From: Torpedo marmorata | Taxonomy: Eukaryota | DNA length: 64,000 nt | Assembly (NCBI GenBank): GCA_977017645.1 | Contig: OZ360257.1 | Coordinates: 14,756,001-14,820,000 of the forward strand | Direction: 5' to 3' | Shown: positions 21,838-37,100 of the stretch, piece after piece | Numbering within the stretch: the stretch's first letter is position 1 | Layout: each line of letters begins with the position of its first letter | Translations under genes and position numbers: made by a program | Notes under the pieces: model-generated | Told to the model about the DNA's origin: nothing | The model's database searches: none | What the model saw: the letters and a program-made list of their open reading frames with translations, nothing else

Positions 21838-24616
21838 ATCAGAGATCATGGCCCTGTTCCTCCGTCCGCTTCCAATGTCGAATCTCGTCCTTTTTCTTTA
21901 TAATTCCCTGTAACGTAAGCCCCGTAAACAAAGCCAACCACACACACCATTCCCACACCAGCAATGCGGGACGTGTCCTCCTGTACTGCTAAATGGAGGA
22001 CATCCGCAAATTAGGCGACTACTGGATAACTGGATATTGTAAATATCCAAACAATTAAATGAAACGTTCAACGACGTACTGCATGAATCACATTTTTCCC
22101 AGGTTAATCAATATTTCAAATTTGAGTTCAGGTTGGTTGTCGCATGTACGATGACCTCATGAGAGTGTTTTTTGATTTGGTTTTTTTTACAACATAACAG
22201 TTGGCATCTCATACATAGAAGAAGGAGTGAGACACAACTAATAAGTGCAGAGTTACAGAGAAGTAGATAAAGTGAGAGTACGAGAGAGATAACGAAATGG
22301 AGAGAGAGAGAGAAAGCAAAATGGAGAGAGAGAGGGAGCGAGAGAGAGAGACAGAGAGAGTGGGAGAGTGATTCAGCGAGAGAGAGAGACACAGAGAGAG
22401 AGAGAGTGTGCGAGAGATCGAGAGAGAGTCAGACAGACAGAGACAGAGAGAGGGGGAGAGGGAGAGATAGAGAGAGAGTTCAGTTGGTACGGAACAAAGG
22501 AGACATAATTTCACTATCTTGGGACAAATACAGAAAACGCATAGATTTCTCAGCAGGCCTGGTCGTCTGTGCCAGATCTTTTAAGGAAATTCCGCTGGAG
22601 AGCAGAATCGAACGTCATCGGGTCAAGCAATTGCAAATTCTTTTCTTATTCAATTTTTAAAAAGGTAGTATTCCAAACACAGGCCGTGTCATATTTAATA
22701 TTCTGTATTATAGCATAACAATAAAATAAACTTGAATCTTCAATTTCGGCAGGATATAGTTCAGGTGAAAACTTGGGCAGGGCGTTGCCAGCTGGAATTT
22801 TATACTGACAACTGCAAATAGTGAACGGCACATGCACTAAATGTTCCATCAGGAAGGAAACGTGATGAACAGAGAGACATGGGGGTTTTAATTCATAGTT
22901 TCCTGAAAGCAGAAACACGTTCTTTAGGGTGATGGTGCCTTCCTAGTTCGAGGATAAAATATAGGATCTCGAATTTCACAAACACTGTTCAGACTGTACT
23001 TGAAGTGTTGTTTGCAGTTCTGGTCGCCACACTATTTATGTGATTGGACCGGAGTTGTTGCAATGGAAATTCACCAGGATGTTGCCTGGAAAGGAGGACG
23101 AGCTGTGGAAGGTGTTTAATAGGGAGGGGCCTATTTTCCCTGGAGCACAGCAGGTTTAGGAACGAGCTGGGAAATATAAGTAAGAAGATGAGAGTCACCG
23201 ATAAGGAAGATGTTCAAAATCTATTTCTAATGCCAGGGTAAACAAAAGTAAGTGGACACGAGTTTAAGGTGAATTTTAAGGGGGATCTGAGAGATTGTAT
23301 TTTTAAACAGGCATATGAAGCAAAGAAATATGCTGGAGGAACTCAGTAGGTCGAGCATCATTCGTGGAGAAAAGAAACATCGACGTTTCATGTCTAAACC
23401 CTTCATCACGTTTAATATTTGATTTGCTCTTCTCGGGGATGCGGTGAAGTCAGATATAATTCTCCAAACACATCAGTAAGGAAGCCACTGTTTCTGTTGC
23501 GTGCTGCTCTTCACTCAATTACCTTTATGACGTTGTATCTCTCGTATTCGGTGATGATCTATTTTATTACCCCGGACTTCTGCTCAACAGCAGAATTCCA
23601 GACAATGAGTTCTAATTTCCTTAACCATCACTATGAACAGTGGGATGACGAGCAGAACTCTCCATGCCAGCAGAACTGTTCCTGAATCAGCAGAAACTTA
23701 ACAGGTTAATACTTGAAACTTGTGCTGCTTCCACTAGGCTCCATAATCATATGTGGGTCAATCTAAACATGAACAATTTGTTGGAGAATTCGGAAAATCA
23801 ATTTCAATTTGCTATTTTTCATCCGAATTATTTGATCTGATTTTTGTGTGGATTTCAGAACAATTATGTTTCCAACCCAAAGGCAAAATGATATAGTATT
23901 TTTCAAGATTCCAACCGCGTGAATTTAAACAATACTAAGGAACAGGCAAATCATCACAAGTTCTAGGGTTTGTTGGTTGTTTCACGAATCTATAAATACA
24001 CATCGCCACTATAATAATGCGATGTGGATATATTTTGTTTGGAATTATTCGTTTTCCTGATCGACATCAGCAGTTATGACTTGATTTAATCTATTTGCTC
24101 CAATGAAAATCTGCGACTAATGACAATCATTTTGTGTTCATGTGTCATTATGTGTCAGGCATACTTTATTTATAAGTCAGGCATTGCTGTGAATTCCATT
24201 AAGCCAGTGGTTTTCAAACTTTTTCTTTCCACTCACATACCACCTTAAGTAATCCCTGTGCCATAGGTGCTCTGTGATTAGTAAGGGTTACTTAAGTTGG
24301 TATGTGAGTGGGGGAAAAAGATTGAGAACCACTGCTCGAGACCTAATTGTTAATGAAATATTTTGCTTAATAAAAATTGTCATTGGCCCATTTCCATTGG
24401 AGTTATTAAACCGTTCACGAGAGTCAACGAGGTACGATTAAAACAGTGGTTTTCAAACGTATTATTTTCACTCACATACCACCTTATATAATCCCTCACT
24501 AATCACAGAGCAACTATGACATAGGGATTACTTAATGTGGTGTGTGAGTGTGAAGAAAAAGTTTGAAAACCACTGCATTAAACTAAATGGCGCAACTGCA
24601 TTTCATCTCTCCAATC

Positions 24617-27600
24617 ATGGAGCGACCAGTAATTTTAGAGAACGAAAAAAATAACAATCCTATTCTTAGAATAGTTCGTGTACATCGTAAGCCATGTAAC
24701 ATCTGCTTAAAACTTTTTTTCTTACTCGAGTTTTCAAGTCAAGTTTTTTGTCATCTGATTGTACGAGTACAACCCGAAGAAACAGCGTTCTCTGGTGTAG
24801 GTGCAAAGCATGCAGACATACAACCAGACATAACACACATACAGACAAATAATACATATTTACGTCATATATATAACACATTTTAATGCACAGCTTCTCC
24901 AACCGGCGCAATGCTCTTGTCCATTGAATAAACGCGTTGCTTTTGCTGACGTAAGTTCCCAAATTTATAGAAACAACTCCCAAGTATTCGTGTTGCATTT
25001 CGATTTTTAATACACTGCATCAAAATGTGGTGACATAAAATTGAGGGAATTAATGGAAAATAGCTAACGGTTTAGCTCTGCACGTGGCGAAATAATTTTT
25101 AATGGAAATCAACCACTCAGAAAAGATCCCCGCATGCCGATCCAATATTAGGAAGGCATGTGCGCTACATTGCTTTATTTGAAAGAGATTTTCCGCCGCT
25201 CACGTTAAATTCAAGAAACAGTCTAGTGGCTTTTGTTTCCTCGAATTACCTCCAGCTAAAGGATTTGAGACAGCAGGATCAGAGCAGCCTGTGTGTTCCA
25301 AGTACAAGCAGCAGCTACATGGAGCTTCCCAGTTCTCCAGACAGTTGTAGATCTCGATCAAAACCAGGCTGCAATAAAATTATCCATAATTATTTGGAGG
25401 ATTTGGGCATGATTCGTCGTCTGATTTTTAACTTCCACCAAGTATAATGTGCAGCAAGATCATGAAGGAAATACCTTAAATCAAAGACAACAACAGGAAT
25501 AGCATTTGGAAAGAAAATTGAAAATACTTCCGAAGTCCAGGATGAATCCGCAGTTGGAGAGAAGGGGATTGATTAAGGGAAATTAGCATAGCTTTGTTGT
25601 TGGCAGATTATATACAACCAAGTTTGTGTTTGTTTCGATGAACAGCTCAATGTATCGATGAGAGTACTGCAGTTGATGATGTTGACACGAATTTCGGTAC
25701 GACCCTGTCAAATATCCAGATAATGGGCTTGCACAGTTCGCGTAGCGGTTAGTGCAACACATTTACAGGGCCAGTGTCCCGGGTTCGAACCCGGCCCTGT
25801 CTGTGAGGAGTTTGTCCGTTCTCCATGCGTCTGCGTTGGTTTCCTCCGGGTGATCCGGTTTCCTCCCACCCTTTAAAACGTAGTTTATTGGGGTATTTGA
25901 GCGGCACAGGCTGTGGGCCAGAAAGGCCTGTTACCGTGCTGTATGTCTAAATAATGCACTGGTCCACAGATCAAGGAATCAAAGGCAATTTGGAATTTGG
26001 ATTCAATGTTTGCCTCGTAACAGAAGGTAATAGTTCATGAGGGAAAATTGAATATAGATAAAGAAACCTTCAACGTAGTATAGGCCATTTAGCCCACAGT
26101 GTTATGCCAAACTAATAATCTCTGCTTCCAATGGCCGAGAATTTCCGTCCTGTATAACGCTCATTATCTCTCTGTTCCATGTACTAATACACTAGTTCTC
26201 TTAAAATATGCTATTGTACCTGCCTCCAAAACATTTGTTAGCAGTGAATTTCATGCATCTACTCCTCACAATGTGAAGATCGTGCCTCGAACCTTCCCCA
26301 TGTACTTACTCCGAAGCACTTTTAAACGCCCCCCCCTGAATGGAGGTTTTCCTTTCCTTCTGGAAACCTTTCTTGCAAAGTGCCAAAACGTCAAACTATT
26401 GGGGAANNNNNNNNNNNNNNNNNNNNNNNNNNNNNNNNNNNNNNNNNNNNNNNNNNNNNNNNNNNNNNNNNNNNNNNNNNNNNNNNNNNNNNNNNNNNNN
26501 NNNNNNNNNNNNNNNNNNNNNNNNNNNNNNNNNNNNNNNNNNNNNNNNNNNNNNNNNNNNNNNNNNNNNNNNNNNNNNNNNNNNNNNNNNNNNNNNNNNN
26601 NNNNNNNNNNNNNNNNNNNNNNNNNNNNNNNNNNNNNNNNAGCGATAGTGGAGTCTTCGGGACGATACTTTTCCTCAGGGCCATGCTTGAAGTTCAGCTC
26701 AGCAAGGTCAAGCTTGTCCCTCTTTTCAGGAGCGATGGATCTGATCTCGGCTCCCATATGACATCAACGTTATTAAAGTAAATGCGCACAAGTCTAAGTA
26801 GAGCAAACACGCAGTCTCATCGCGCTTATGCCACTCTCTTAAAACTACCAGAGAAACGTGGTTCAATAATAATATAATTGCAGCAAATCACGAAGAGTCT
26901 ACTGTTCTGCCCTTCAGATCAGAGAACATTATTAATCTAAATCTCTAAAAAGGGTAATAGAGAAAATCCTAAGAATTACAGACAGGTGAGGCTTACGTCA
27001 GTGGTGTGCGATCTATTGGAGAGGATTCTTAAGGACAGGATTTATGAGCATTTGGAGAATTACTGTCGTCTGAGGGACATAAGCATGGTTTTGTGAGGGG
27101 ATGGTCGTGCCTCATGAGCCTCATTGCATTTTCTGAGGAGATAACAAAATATAATGAGGAAAGTGTGATGGTAGACCAGGTACATATGGGTTCAGTGAGG
27201 CGTTTAACAAGTTTCCCCATGTAAGACTCGATCAGAAAGGCATCAGGCATTCTATCCACGGAATCTTGGCTGTGTGAATAAAAAATTGGCTTGCCTGTAG
27301 GAAGAAGAGGACGGAACAGAAATTATTCTGTCTGAACGTCAGTGACTAGTGGAGTTCCGCAGGGATATTTTCTTGAACTCTTGCTCTTTGTGATTTTTGT
27401 AAATGACCTAGATGAAGAGCGGAAGGGTGGGTCAGTAGGTTTGTAGATGATATAATGGTTGGAGGAGCTGCAGTTAGTGTTGAAATTTGTCGTAGATTGC
27501 AATGCAGAGATGGGCGCAAAAGTGGCAGATCGAGTTCAATCCGGATAAGTTTGTGAAGCATTGTGGAAGGTCAAACCTTGATGAGTACAGCATTAATGGT

Positions 27601-29485
27601 CGGATAATTAAGACTGTAGAGGGACAGAGGGACCTTGATGTTCAAATCCATAGATCTCTCAATGTTTCCGCGCAGGTTGATTGGATAGTTAAGAAGGCCT
27701 ATGGGATGCTGGGTTTCAATAATAGGGGGATTGAGTTCAATAGTATAGAGGTCATGTTGCAAATATACACACCTCTGGTGAGACCATACTTATAGTATTG
27801 TATTCAGTTCTGGCCACATCGTTATAGGAAGGATGTGGAAACTATGTAGAGGGTGCGGAGGAGATTTACCAGGGTATTGCCTGGATTGGAAAATGTCTTC
27901 TGAGGCAAGGTTGGTAGAGCAAGGACTTTTCTGTTTGGAGTGAAGAAGGATGAGAGGTGACTTCATAAAAGTCTACAAGAATATATACAGTAGATAGGGT
28001 AGAGAGCCAGTGCATTTTTCGCAGGGAGGGAATAGAAACCACCAGAGGACATATGCACAAAGTGAAGGGAGGAAGGTTGAGGGGAGATATCAGAGGTAAA
28101 TTATTCACACAGAGATTGTGGTGCCGGCAATGACTTGCCAGGTTGATGGTGGGGGTTGAAACATTTTGGGTATTTAAGAGACTCGTAGACAGGCACATGG
28201 ATGAACGAAAATTAGAGGATTATATGTTTGGAAGGTTTCAGTATTTTCTTGGTAGGAATATACAGATCGGCACAACATTGAAGGCCGAATAGCCTGTACT
28301 GTGCTGTCGTGTTCCATGTTCTATGTTCTATGTTTTGAAACAACTTTGCTGCCAATCGTCATTCTGTTCCATGTAATTTACGGCCTCTCAAAATGCATCA
28401 CTCAGTGGTTTCTGGGAATGGCAGAAGCTGACTGAGTGGTAGTGAAACTGTACATGAATTGATTTTATATGAGATTGACGATCGGTATTTTCCACATTCA
28501 GGCTTCAATCAGACTTCTCTCTGTAGAGTTATTCTGACCATGTTATTTATTTCCATTGACGGTTCAATGTGATTAACTGTGGCTTTCATGTTCGATCGAT
28601 TTTTTGCTATTTGTCACAAACCGCTACGAGCAAAATATTGCACTGAAAATAATTCATCTGTAGCGAAAGCGCGGTGGAATTTTCCTCAACATTTGGAAAA
28701 AACACCATTTTATTCAGTAGCCTCGGGAAGTAATTGATAACGTTGAATTATCCTGCAATGTAATATCATGCTTTTACACCTTATGAATTTGAGCAGTTAT
28801 TCTCTGTCAGTAAAAAGTCTTTAACTCATTTGCTCTTTATGTCTTTATCTTGGCGCCACATTCCCTGACCATCAGCCGCATTATACTGGCTAACCGAGCG
28901 AGGAGCGAACTCCGAAGAAAGAACAACAATGGGAACCGCAGTGTCACAAAGATGGGGAACAGCAGGAAACCGATAATGTTGCTGCTGGTCATTTCCAGCA
29001 CGTTTATTCTCATCAGGGTGGCTTTCATATACGTGCAATTTACTGATACGCAGTTTTTGGAAAGACGCTGCAATGATACCTTCACCATTGCGGGATTGTC
29101 GGGTTATATGCTGATGTTTTCGATTTCTTGCCCAATCCCATTGTTAACAATAGCGGTTAGAGCAACGCTATTACAGCGCCAGCGACCCGGGTTCAGTTCC
29201 GGCGCGACTGTAAGGAGCTTGTACGTTCTCCCCATGTCTACGTGTGTTTCCCCCATGCCCTCCTGTTTCGTCCCAAATTAAAAAAAAACGTAAGGAGGTT
29301 GAAAGTTAATTGTGGTATTTTGGTGGGAAGGGCTCGTGGGCCGGAAGTGCCTGTTCCCGTTCCTTATGCTACATTAAAACCACTTCATTGTTGCACTGTC
29401 CCAGAGAAAATTCAGAGAGGGTCTGAAGAATCTGGTAAAATGTCCAGTGACTCTTCTTACCAAGGCAAACAACTGCAAGGAATGA
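24617..29485 (+). pseudogene. Ancient GPR139-like pseudogene B, unit 3; exon 1 24617-24686, exon 2 from ~28340
   Basis: Paralogous to the unit 2 copy; same two in-frame TGA stops and the same SINE in TM7. Confidence 0.82.
26920..28335 (+). mobile_element. Decayed CR1 LINE, unit 3 copy
   Basis: ORF 27502-27795 QRWAQKWQIEFNPDK...VKKAYGMLGF...LVRPYL. Confidence 0.9.
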
Positions 29486-31311
29486 TACCAGTTTAATTTC
29501 TCACATAACAAAATGAATAAACTCGAACAAAGTAAACAAAAATCACTGTACGTGCATGATCACAAAGTAACCTTCAAATGAAAATTGGGTCTCTGGAAGG
29601 TGCACAGAACATAAAATATACAACACACTGCAGTCCCTTCAGTACACGACGTGGTGCCAATTTACGTAAACCCATTCCACAACAATTAAATTTGCCAAGC
29701 GCACACCTATAACGCTATATATTTCTTACACCCTGTTCCTATCTTGGAGACATTAGAATGTCCCTATTGTAGCAACCTCCACCACCACCACAGGCAATGA
29801 TTTCGAGGGACCAACCACTATCTGCTTAAAAACGTACCTTCCATATTTGCCTTAAAGTTTCCTTTACTCACCTTAATAAGCTGTCCTCCGCTATTAACTA
29901 TTGTCACCCCAGGAATCAGGTGCTGAATGTCCAAACTTTCGAAGCCCCCTCATAACCTAATATATACCTCTGTTTATTCACCTGTCATCCACAGAGAAAA
30001 GCTCTATCTCTGTCAACCTTGCTCCACATGACATGGTCTCCAATCCACGCAATAAAATATCCTGATAAACATCTGCACCCTCTCCAATGCATCTACATAC
30101 TTGCAGAAACAAAGCTACCAGAACTGAACGTAATATTCCAAGTGTGGTCTCACTAGAGTTTTATGGGTCTGCAACATTTCCTCTCGGCTTTTATCCGACG
30201 AATGAAGGCCAACCCACCATACACCTTCTTGACCAGCGCGTCAACTTGCGCACCAACCTTGAGGGTGTATTAACATGGACACCAAGATCTCTCAGTTTCT
30301 CCAAACTGTTAGAACTTCTGCCATTAACACGCACTCCGCCTTCGATTCGACCTCCAAAGTGCACTACACTTAACCGCATAGAACTCAATCTGCCACTTCT
30401 CTGCCCAACTCCGCATCCTGTCTATATCCCGTTATAACCAACGACAGCCTTCTGCACTCCCGACAACACTGTGAACAGTTGTATCATTAGCAAATGCAAA
30501 GAAAATAGAGCACAGAAATAAATTCTCTGATTGGACTTGATGCCTTCGAACCAACCCTCAGCGTTGATGCATTACCCCTAATACCACAGGCGATCCAAAC
30601 ACTCCTCGGATCTGTGTGGCGTTTGCAACAAAAATTAACTCAGAATTTCAAGCACGACGGTTCACGTCACAGTTCAGCGCAACACATTCACAGCGTCAGC
30701 GACGCGGGTTCAAATGCAGCGCTGCCCTGGAAGGAGTTTTAATGCTTTCCCTCGTGAACTGCTCGGTTTCCCCGGGTACTCTGGTTTCTTCCCACTCACG
30801 AAACAAAGTATTGGGTTGGCATGTTCATTGGATGTAATTTGGCAGCACGGGCGACATGAGCTAAGGGTCTGTATATTTTAAACAAAACTTCAGTCAAGCC
30901 AGCATGGCAGACGACGAGTGAAAACAAATCCTCAGGTCAGACCGACTGATGAACGTTTGAAACCTCATGGGAACAAAGTTATTTTCAGGTGTGTAATAAT
31001 GAAAAGGAAAATGTGTGTGATAATCAGGATCAGTGGGAACAATCAGACGGAGAGAAGTGTGAACAAGTCACCCCAGGGAAGATGATAAAGCGAAGCAAAT
31101 GGAGATAGATGAACGCGACAATCCAATGTCACGGTTTCACGTCAGGTGATGCAGCGACCTCGCACCTGAACCTTGTTTATTACAATAACTGGTGTTAATT
31201 ACTCTGGGCGGAGCTATCTCAGGTCATTAAATTAGAATGAACTGATACTGTTTGTTAAATCGAGTATGTGGAGGTGTTCTGTAATTTAATGTCCCAGTAG
31301 AACGGCTGTCC

Positions 31312-31334
31312 TATAAATTAGGCTTCACAGTGAA
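31312..31334 (+). promoter_or_regulatory. Putative TATA box of A3
   Basis: Same 23-nt motif, 81 nt before the ATG. Confidence 0.5.
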
Positions 31335-31392
31335 ACTCTTCGTTTTCACATATTAACATGTGCTGTAGAGAAACCGCTCTTATCCTCAAAAG

Positions 31393-31547
31393 ATGCCACG
31401 AATAGAAGCCACGGAGATCTTCTATCCCATTCTTGCAATTGTCGGCATTCCTGGTAAGTGATTTTGCTGCGATCTCCGCCGCGTGTTTTCTGGTTGTCCA
31501 TATTCCGGATGAGTATCCCGTGTTTGTGTGTGTATGTATATACAGGT

Positions 31548-31581
<34 letters not shown>

Positions 31582-34136
31582 ACTCACACACAACACAGAA
31601 TGTTGTTCAGCCGTCGTCGCTCTGCCAGGATTTAAAGAATCTTTTGACCTGAAGTTGTTGAAGTTAGACAATGTCCAGTCACTAGAAAATAAAACCGAAG
31701 ACCTCTGGACAATGCTGCTATATCAGAGACAGTTGAGACAAATCTCTGTTGTTTGCTGCTGCGAGTCCTGTCAAACAGAAAACACAAAGAACGCTGCGAT
31801 CCGACCAGAGGTTTTAATCATTAACAGGCTGGACTGGGACATGGTTCTGGCAAAGTGAGAGGGCACGGTGTTTGCTTTCCTGTTAATATCGGTTGGTGCA
31901 CGGACGTTGGTGTTCTTTCGAAATCTTCCTCCAGTGGCGGAGAGCAAATATCGATCAAATGAAATCTCTTCAATGTACCCCGAGGTTTCTCATCAGTTGT
32001 TCTCACCCGAGTTTATCTCCTTCACGACACCAATTACAAACAGGCACGTGCGGAGCTTCATGACGTGGTCAGTAAACAAGCCCACCCCGAGACACTTCCA
32101 GTCACAGTCGTTGACTTTACCCAGGCCTGTCTTAAGAAAGCCCTGCGCAAATATCACCAGCACGTAACATGCTGTACCAGTGGCACCAGCTCATTTGATC
32201 ATTGCGGCAACAACATAAGGAATGGCTACGTTCTTTCATGATAGAATATGTTGGTGTTTTATGTCCACCCCATCTAAACCCCTCATGATGTTGTCTACCC
32301 CCAATAATTCACCTCTACCCATTCATCGCTGCAGAGAAAAGCCCCAGCTCTGTCAACCTTCCATCATATGATAGGTTCTGCAATCCAGGCAACACCTTTG
32401 CACACTCTCCAGAGCATCCAGATATTTCTTTTAAGGAGGCAACCTTAACTGAACGCAACGATTTGAACTGTTTATCGTCACGTGTACGGGAAAAGGTGAA
32501 AAGACGTTATTTTGCCTGCTATCCAGGAAATTCAATCCACATAAAATACAGCAGGCAGCGCAAGGATAAAAATTGTACAGGAGATAGTGTTACAATAAAG
32601 TACAGCATGACGTGTTAAAGACAGGAGTGCTGTTAATCTATGCAAGTCATTACCTTTTACTCATGAGAGGTCTATTCAAGAGCCTGCCAGCAGGAATGTA
32701 AGTGCCCTTGAATATGGTTGGGTGCGTTTTTTCCAAACTCATGCTTCTTCTGCCCGGCGGCAGGGAGAAGGATAGACAGCGGTAGGGGTGGAACAGATTC
32801 TTGGACATGTATAGTGATTATTTATACCGGAGACGGCGGGAGATATAGACCAAATCGATGGACGGGGGATTGGATTATTGATAACGCTGATTCCGTTCAT
32901 TACTCTCCGTGGTTTCTAGAGACTCCGAGCTCAGCAGTTTCCACACCAATCTGTGATGCACCCGCACCGGACACTTTCTATTGTTCATCTGCACACAACG
33001 GACAGGGTCAACGGGGGCATGCCGAAATTCCTCATCTTCTGAGGAAGTGAAAGCGTTGCTGCGCTTTCCATTCCGTAGTGCCAGTGTAATGTTGGCAACC
33101 GCATAATTTACAGGAACATACAAATGTTTCGATTAGGTTATTCCCAAAGACTCCATTGTGAAAATTACGTTAAAGATGTTCGCTTGTTTTTCTGGTAGTT
33201 TCCGTGTTTTCCATCTTGTTACAGGTAACCTGCTCTCGATTGTGGTCCTGTCCCGGGGAATGTGCGGCCTCTCCAAAGGAGTGATTCGTTACATGGTAAC
33301 CATGGCAGTTGCAGACACAATGGTCTGTGTGTTTAACGTTACAGTGACATTCGTCTTCCGCCATCATTTTCAGGGTTCATTCTGGGCACACACCACCACT
33401 TGTCGCCTTTCAGACTCCATACAGAAATCCAGCGTGCAATTCTCTGTCTGGGCCACTGTATCGTTCACAGTGGACCGCTTCATTGCCATTTGTTGCCAGC
33501 AAATCAAAACAAAATATTGTACCGAAAGACACGCCACGGTGGTTCTTACAACTGGTTCTGCTGAGCTTTTTGATGCATATTCCAGCTTATTTCCGGTATG
33601 AACCCCTTTACATTGCGGGTGATGTCCAATGGGGCTGCCGTACTATAACACAATATATTTCTTCACCAGCATGGCAGACTTACAGATGGTTGTCTAAACT
33701 TATGGTACCACTGGTGCCGCTGCCGCTGATGTTGCTATTGAATTCTCTCCCCGTCCGACACATTTTACTTGTCAGCAGAGCTCGGAAGGCTTTGAAGCGC
33801 CGTGGGGACGGTCACGTATTTGATCCCGAGATGACGAACCGGAGAACGTCCATTATATTGCTCTTCGCCATTTCTGGTACCTTCATAGCGTTGTGGACAC
33901 CGATTACGATAATTGACCAATATTTCCATCTCACATTAAGCTTTGCGACCGACGCCCCGAAGTCACTGCTTCTGGCAATTAATATCGCCATTCTGCTGAT
34001 GTATTTGAGCTGCTGTACAAACACTTGTGTTTATGCAATGACACAGAGGAGATTCCGGGAGGAGGTGAAGAAGGTGGCAAAACATCCATTTATTGCCCTT
34101 GTACGGTTTTTAAAACCAATGACGCAGCAACAATGA
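31393..34136 (+). pseudogene. GPR139-like GPCR copy A3, frameshifted; exon 1 31393-31453, exon 2 33225-34136
   Basis: Exon 2 is 912 nt versus 914 in the other copies. The 2-nt loss is near 33554 (ACTGGTTCTG vs ACTGTGGGTCTG) in TM4 and gives a stop at 33599-33601; the rest of the receptor continues in the frame of ORF 33483-34136. A sequencing error cannot be excluded. Confidence 0.8.
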
Positions 34137-37100
34137 ATCAGAGATCATGGCCCTGTTCCTCCGTCCGCTTCCAATGTCGAATCTCGTCCTTTTTATTAAT
34201 AATTCCCTGTAACGTAAGCCCCGTAAACAAAGCCAACCACACACACCATTCCCACACCAGCAATTCGGGACGTGTCCTCCTGTACTGCTAAGTGGAGGCC
34301 ATCCGCAAATTAGGCGACTACTGGATATCTGGCCATTGTAAATGTCCAAACTATTGAACGAAACGTTCAACGACGTACTGCATGAATCACATTTTGCCCA
34401 GGTTAATCAATATTTCAAATTTGAATTCAGGTTTTTTGTTGCATGTACGAAGACCTCGTGAGAGTGTTTTTTGATTTGATTTTTTTACAACATACCAGTT
34501 GGCATCTCATACATAGAAGAAGGAGTGAGACACAACTAAAAAGTGCAGAGTTACAGAGAAGGAGAGAAAGTGAGAGTNNNNNNNNNNNNNNNNNNNNNNN
34601 NNNNNNNNNNNNNNNNNNNNNNNNNNNNNNNNNNNNNNNNNNNNNNNNNNNNNNNNNNNNNNNNNNNNNNNNNNNNNNNNNNNNNNNNNNNNNNNNNNNN
34701 NNNNNNNNNNNNNNNNNNNCAGACAGAGAGAGGGGGAGAGGGAGAGATAGAGAGAGAGTTCAGTTGGTACGGAACAAAGGAGACATAATTTCACTATCTT
34801 GGGACAAATACAGAAAACGCAGAGATTTCTCAGCAGGCCTGGTCGTCTGTGCCAGATCTTTTAAGGAAATTCCGCTGGAGAGCAGAATCGAACGTCATCG
34901 GGTCAAGCATTTGCAAATTCTTTTGTTATTCAATTTTTAAAACGGCAGTATCCCAAACACAGGTCGTGTCGTATTTAATGTTCTGTAATATAGCATAACA
35001 ATAAAATAAACTTGAATCTTTAATTTCGGCAGGATATAGATCAGGTGAATACTTAGGCAGGGCGTTGCCAGCTGGAATTTACTACTGACAACTGCAAATA
35101 GTGCACGGCACATGCGCTAAATGTTTCATCAGGAAGGAAACGTGAAGAACAGAGAGACATGGGGGTCTGAATTCATAGTTTCCTGAGAGCAGAAACACGT
35201 TTTTTAGGGTGATGGTGCCTTCCTAGTTCGAGAATAATGTACAGGATCTCGAATTTCACAAACACTGTTTAGACTGTACTTGAAGTATTGTTTGCAGTTC
35301 TGGTCGCCACACTATTTATGTGATTGGACCGGAGTTGTTGCAGAGGAAATTCACCAGGATGTTGCCTGGAAAGGAGGACGAGCTGTGGAAGGTGTTTAAT
35401 AGGAAGGGGCCTATTTTCCCTGGAGCACAGCAGGTTTAGGAACGAGCTGGGAAATATAAGTAAGATGATGAGAGTCACCGATAGGGAAGATGTTCAAAAT
35501 CTATTTCTAATTTCAGGGTTAACAAAAGTAAGTGGACACGAGTTTAAGGTGAGTTTTAAGGGGAATCTAGGAGATTGTCTTTTTAAACAGGCATATGAAG
35601 CAAAGAAATATGCTGGAGGAACTCAGTAGGTCGAGCATCATTCGTGGAGATAAGAAACATCGACGTTTCGGGTCAGAAACCTTCATCACGTTTAATATCT
35701 GACTTGCTCTTCTCGGGGATGCGGTGAAGTCAGATATAATTCTACAAACACATCAGTAAGTAAACCACTATTTCTGTTGGGTGCTGCACTTAACTCAATT
35801 ACCTTTATGAAGTTGTCTCTCACGTATTCGGTGATTACCTATTTTATTACCCCGGACGTCTGCTCAACAGCTGAATTCCCATCAATGGGTTCTAATTTCC
35901 TTAACCGTCACTATGAACTGTGGGATGACGAGCAGAACTCTCCATTCCAGCATAACAGTTCCTGAATCAGCAAAAACGTAACAAGTTAATACTTGAAACT
36001 TGTGCTGCTTCCACTAGGCTCCATAATCATATGTGTGTTCAATCTTAACATGATTGAGCACATCGGCATTTTATTGATCATCTCTGGTCCAAACTCTGTT
36101 GGTTTGAGTGGTGAGGTGAGCCGATAGTTATCCCGGCCGTCAATATCGAAAAGTGAAATTATTCAGCAGATCCTATCAATGTTTACAGTCCATTGAGTCC
36201 TAAGATCGCCTTGCCAATATCTGGAACCCTTGTTCAATTTGGTATCACGTGTGAATATCTTCCGAAACTCCCATTACATAACAATACAGAACATAGAACA
36301 GTAGACCCTGAAAGGGTTTCCCTCGGGTACGGTTTCTATCTTCCTACTCTCCCGGGGTCCGAAACTCGTCGTGGCCGCTTCCGAGCCGAGGCGTCACTGT
36401 CTTGGTGACAGATCCCGAGGGTACATGATTTTACTTACAAATACAGTCGGACCCTTTATCGGCCATTTTAAAGCCTGTACGTGTCAGCAGGCATTAGGAC
36501 CGGGCATTGGAACCCTTCGGAGTAGTGCTATGTCTCGTGGACAAGCGCTGTTTCTATGTCAGTCATGTCAGTCTAAGGCTTTGGGAGCCGGTCTGATACT
36601 TGAGGTATCATGTTAAAATTAGAACTCTGCTGAATCTTGCATCACAATTAATACGCAGGGAATTCTACAAAATTCTGCCGATGCTGTGATTGCAGTGCAA
36701 TACACAAAAGTACAGAATAAACTCAGCATCTCATGCAACGTCCATTGGAAGGAAAGTTATATACATCCTGAATTACTCCAGCACTATTGTGTATTGCACT
36801 AATATCCAGGGATGTTTTCATTTATCTTTTATCTAACTGCAAAACTGACAAGGATTTTTTTTAAATCGAGCAAAGTCGCCATGGAGCGGTACGCCATACA
36901 TTTGAACGAACCAATGGGCGCTCTGTGGAATTTTCAAATACTTTTATCAAAAATAAACATTATTACCAATAAAATAATTTACAAAATAATACCCTTCAGT
37001 CTTATCGCGGCATTTGTGTCATATCCATAGATAGGCATCACTCTACATTGTTAAACTCGTTCTCTTTTAAGCACGTTTGCCACCGGGCCGATGCTCCCCC

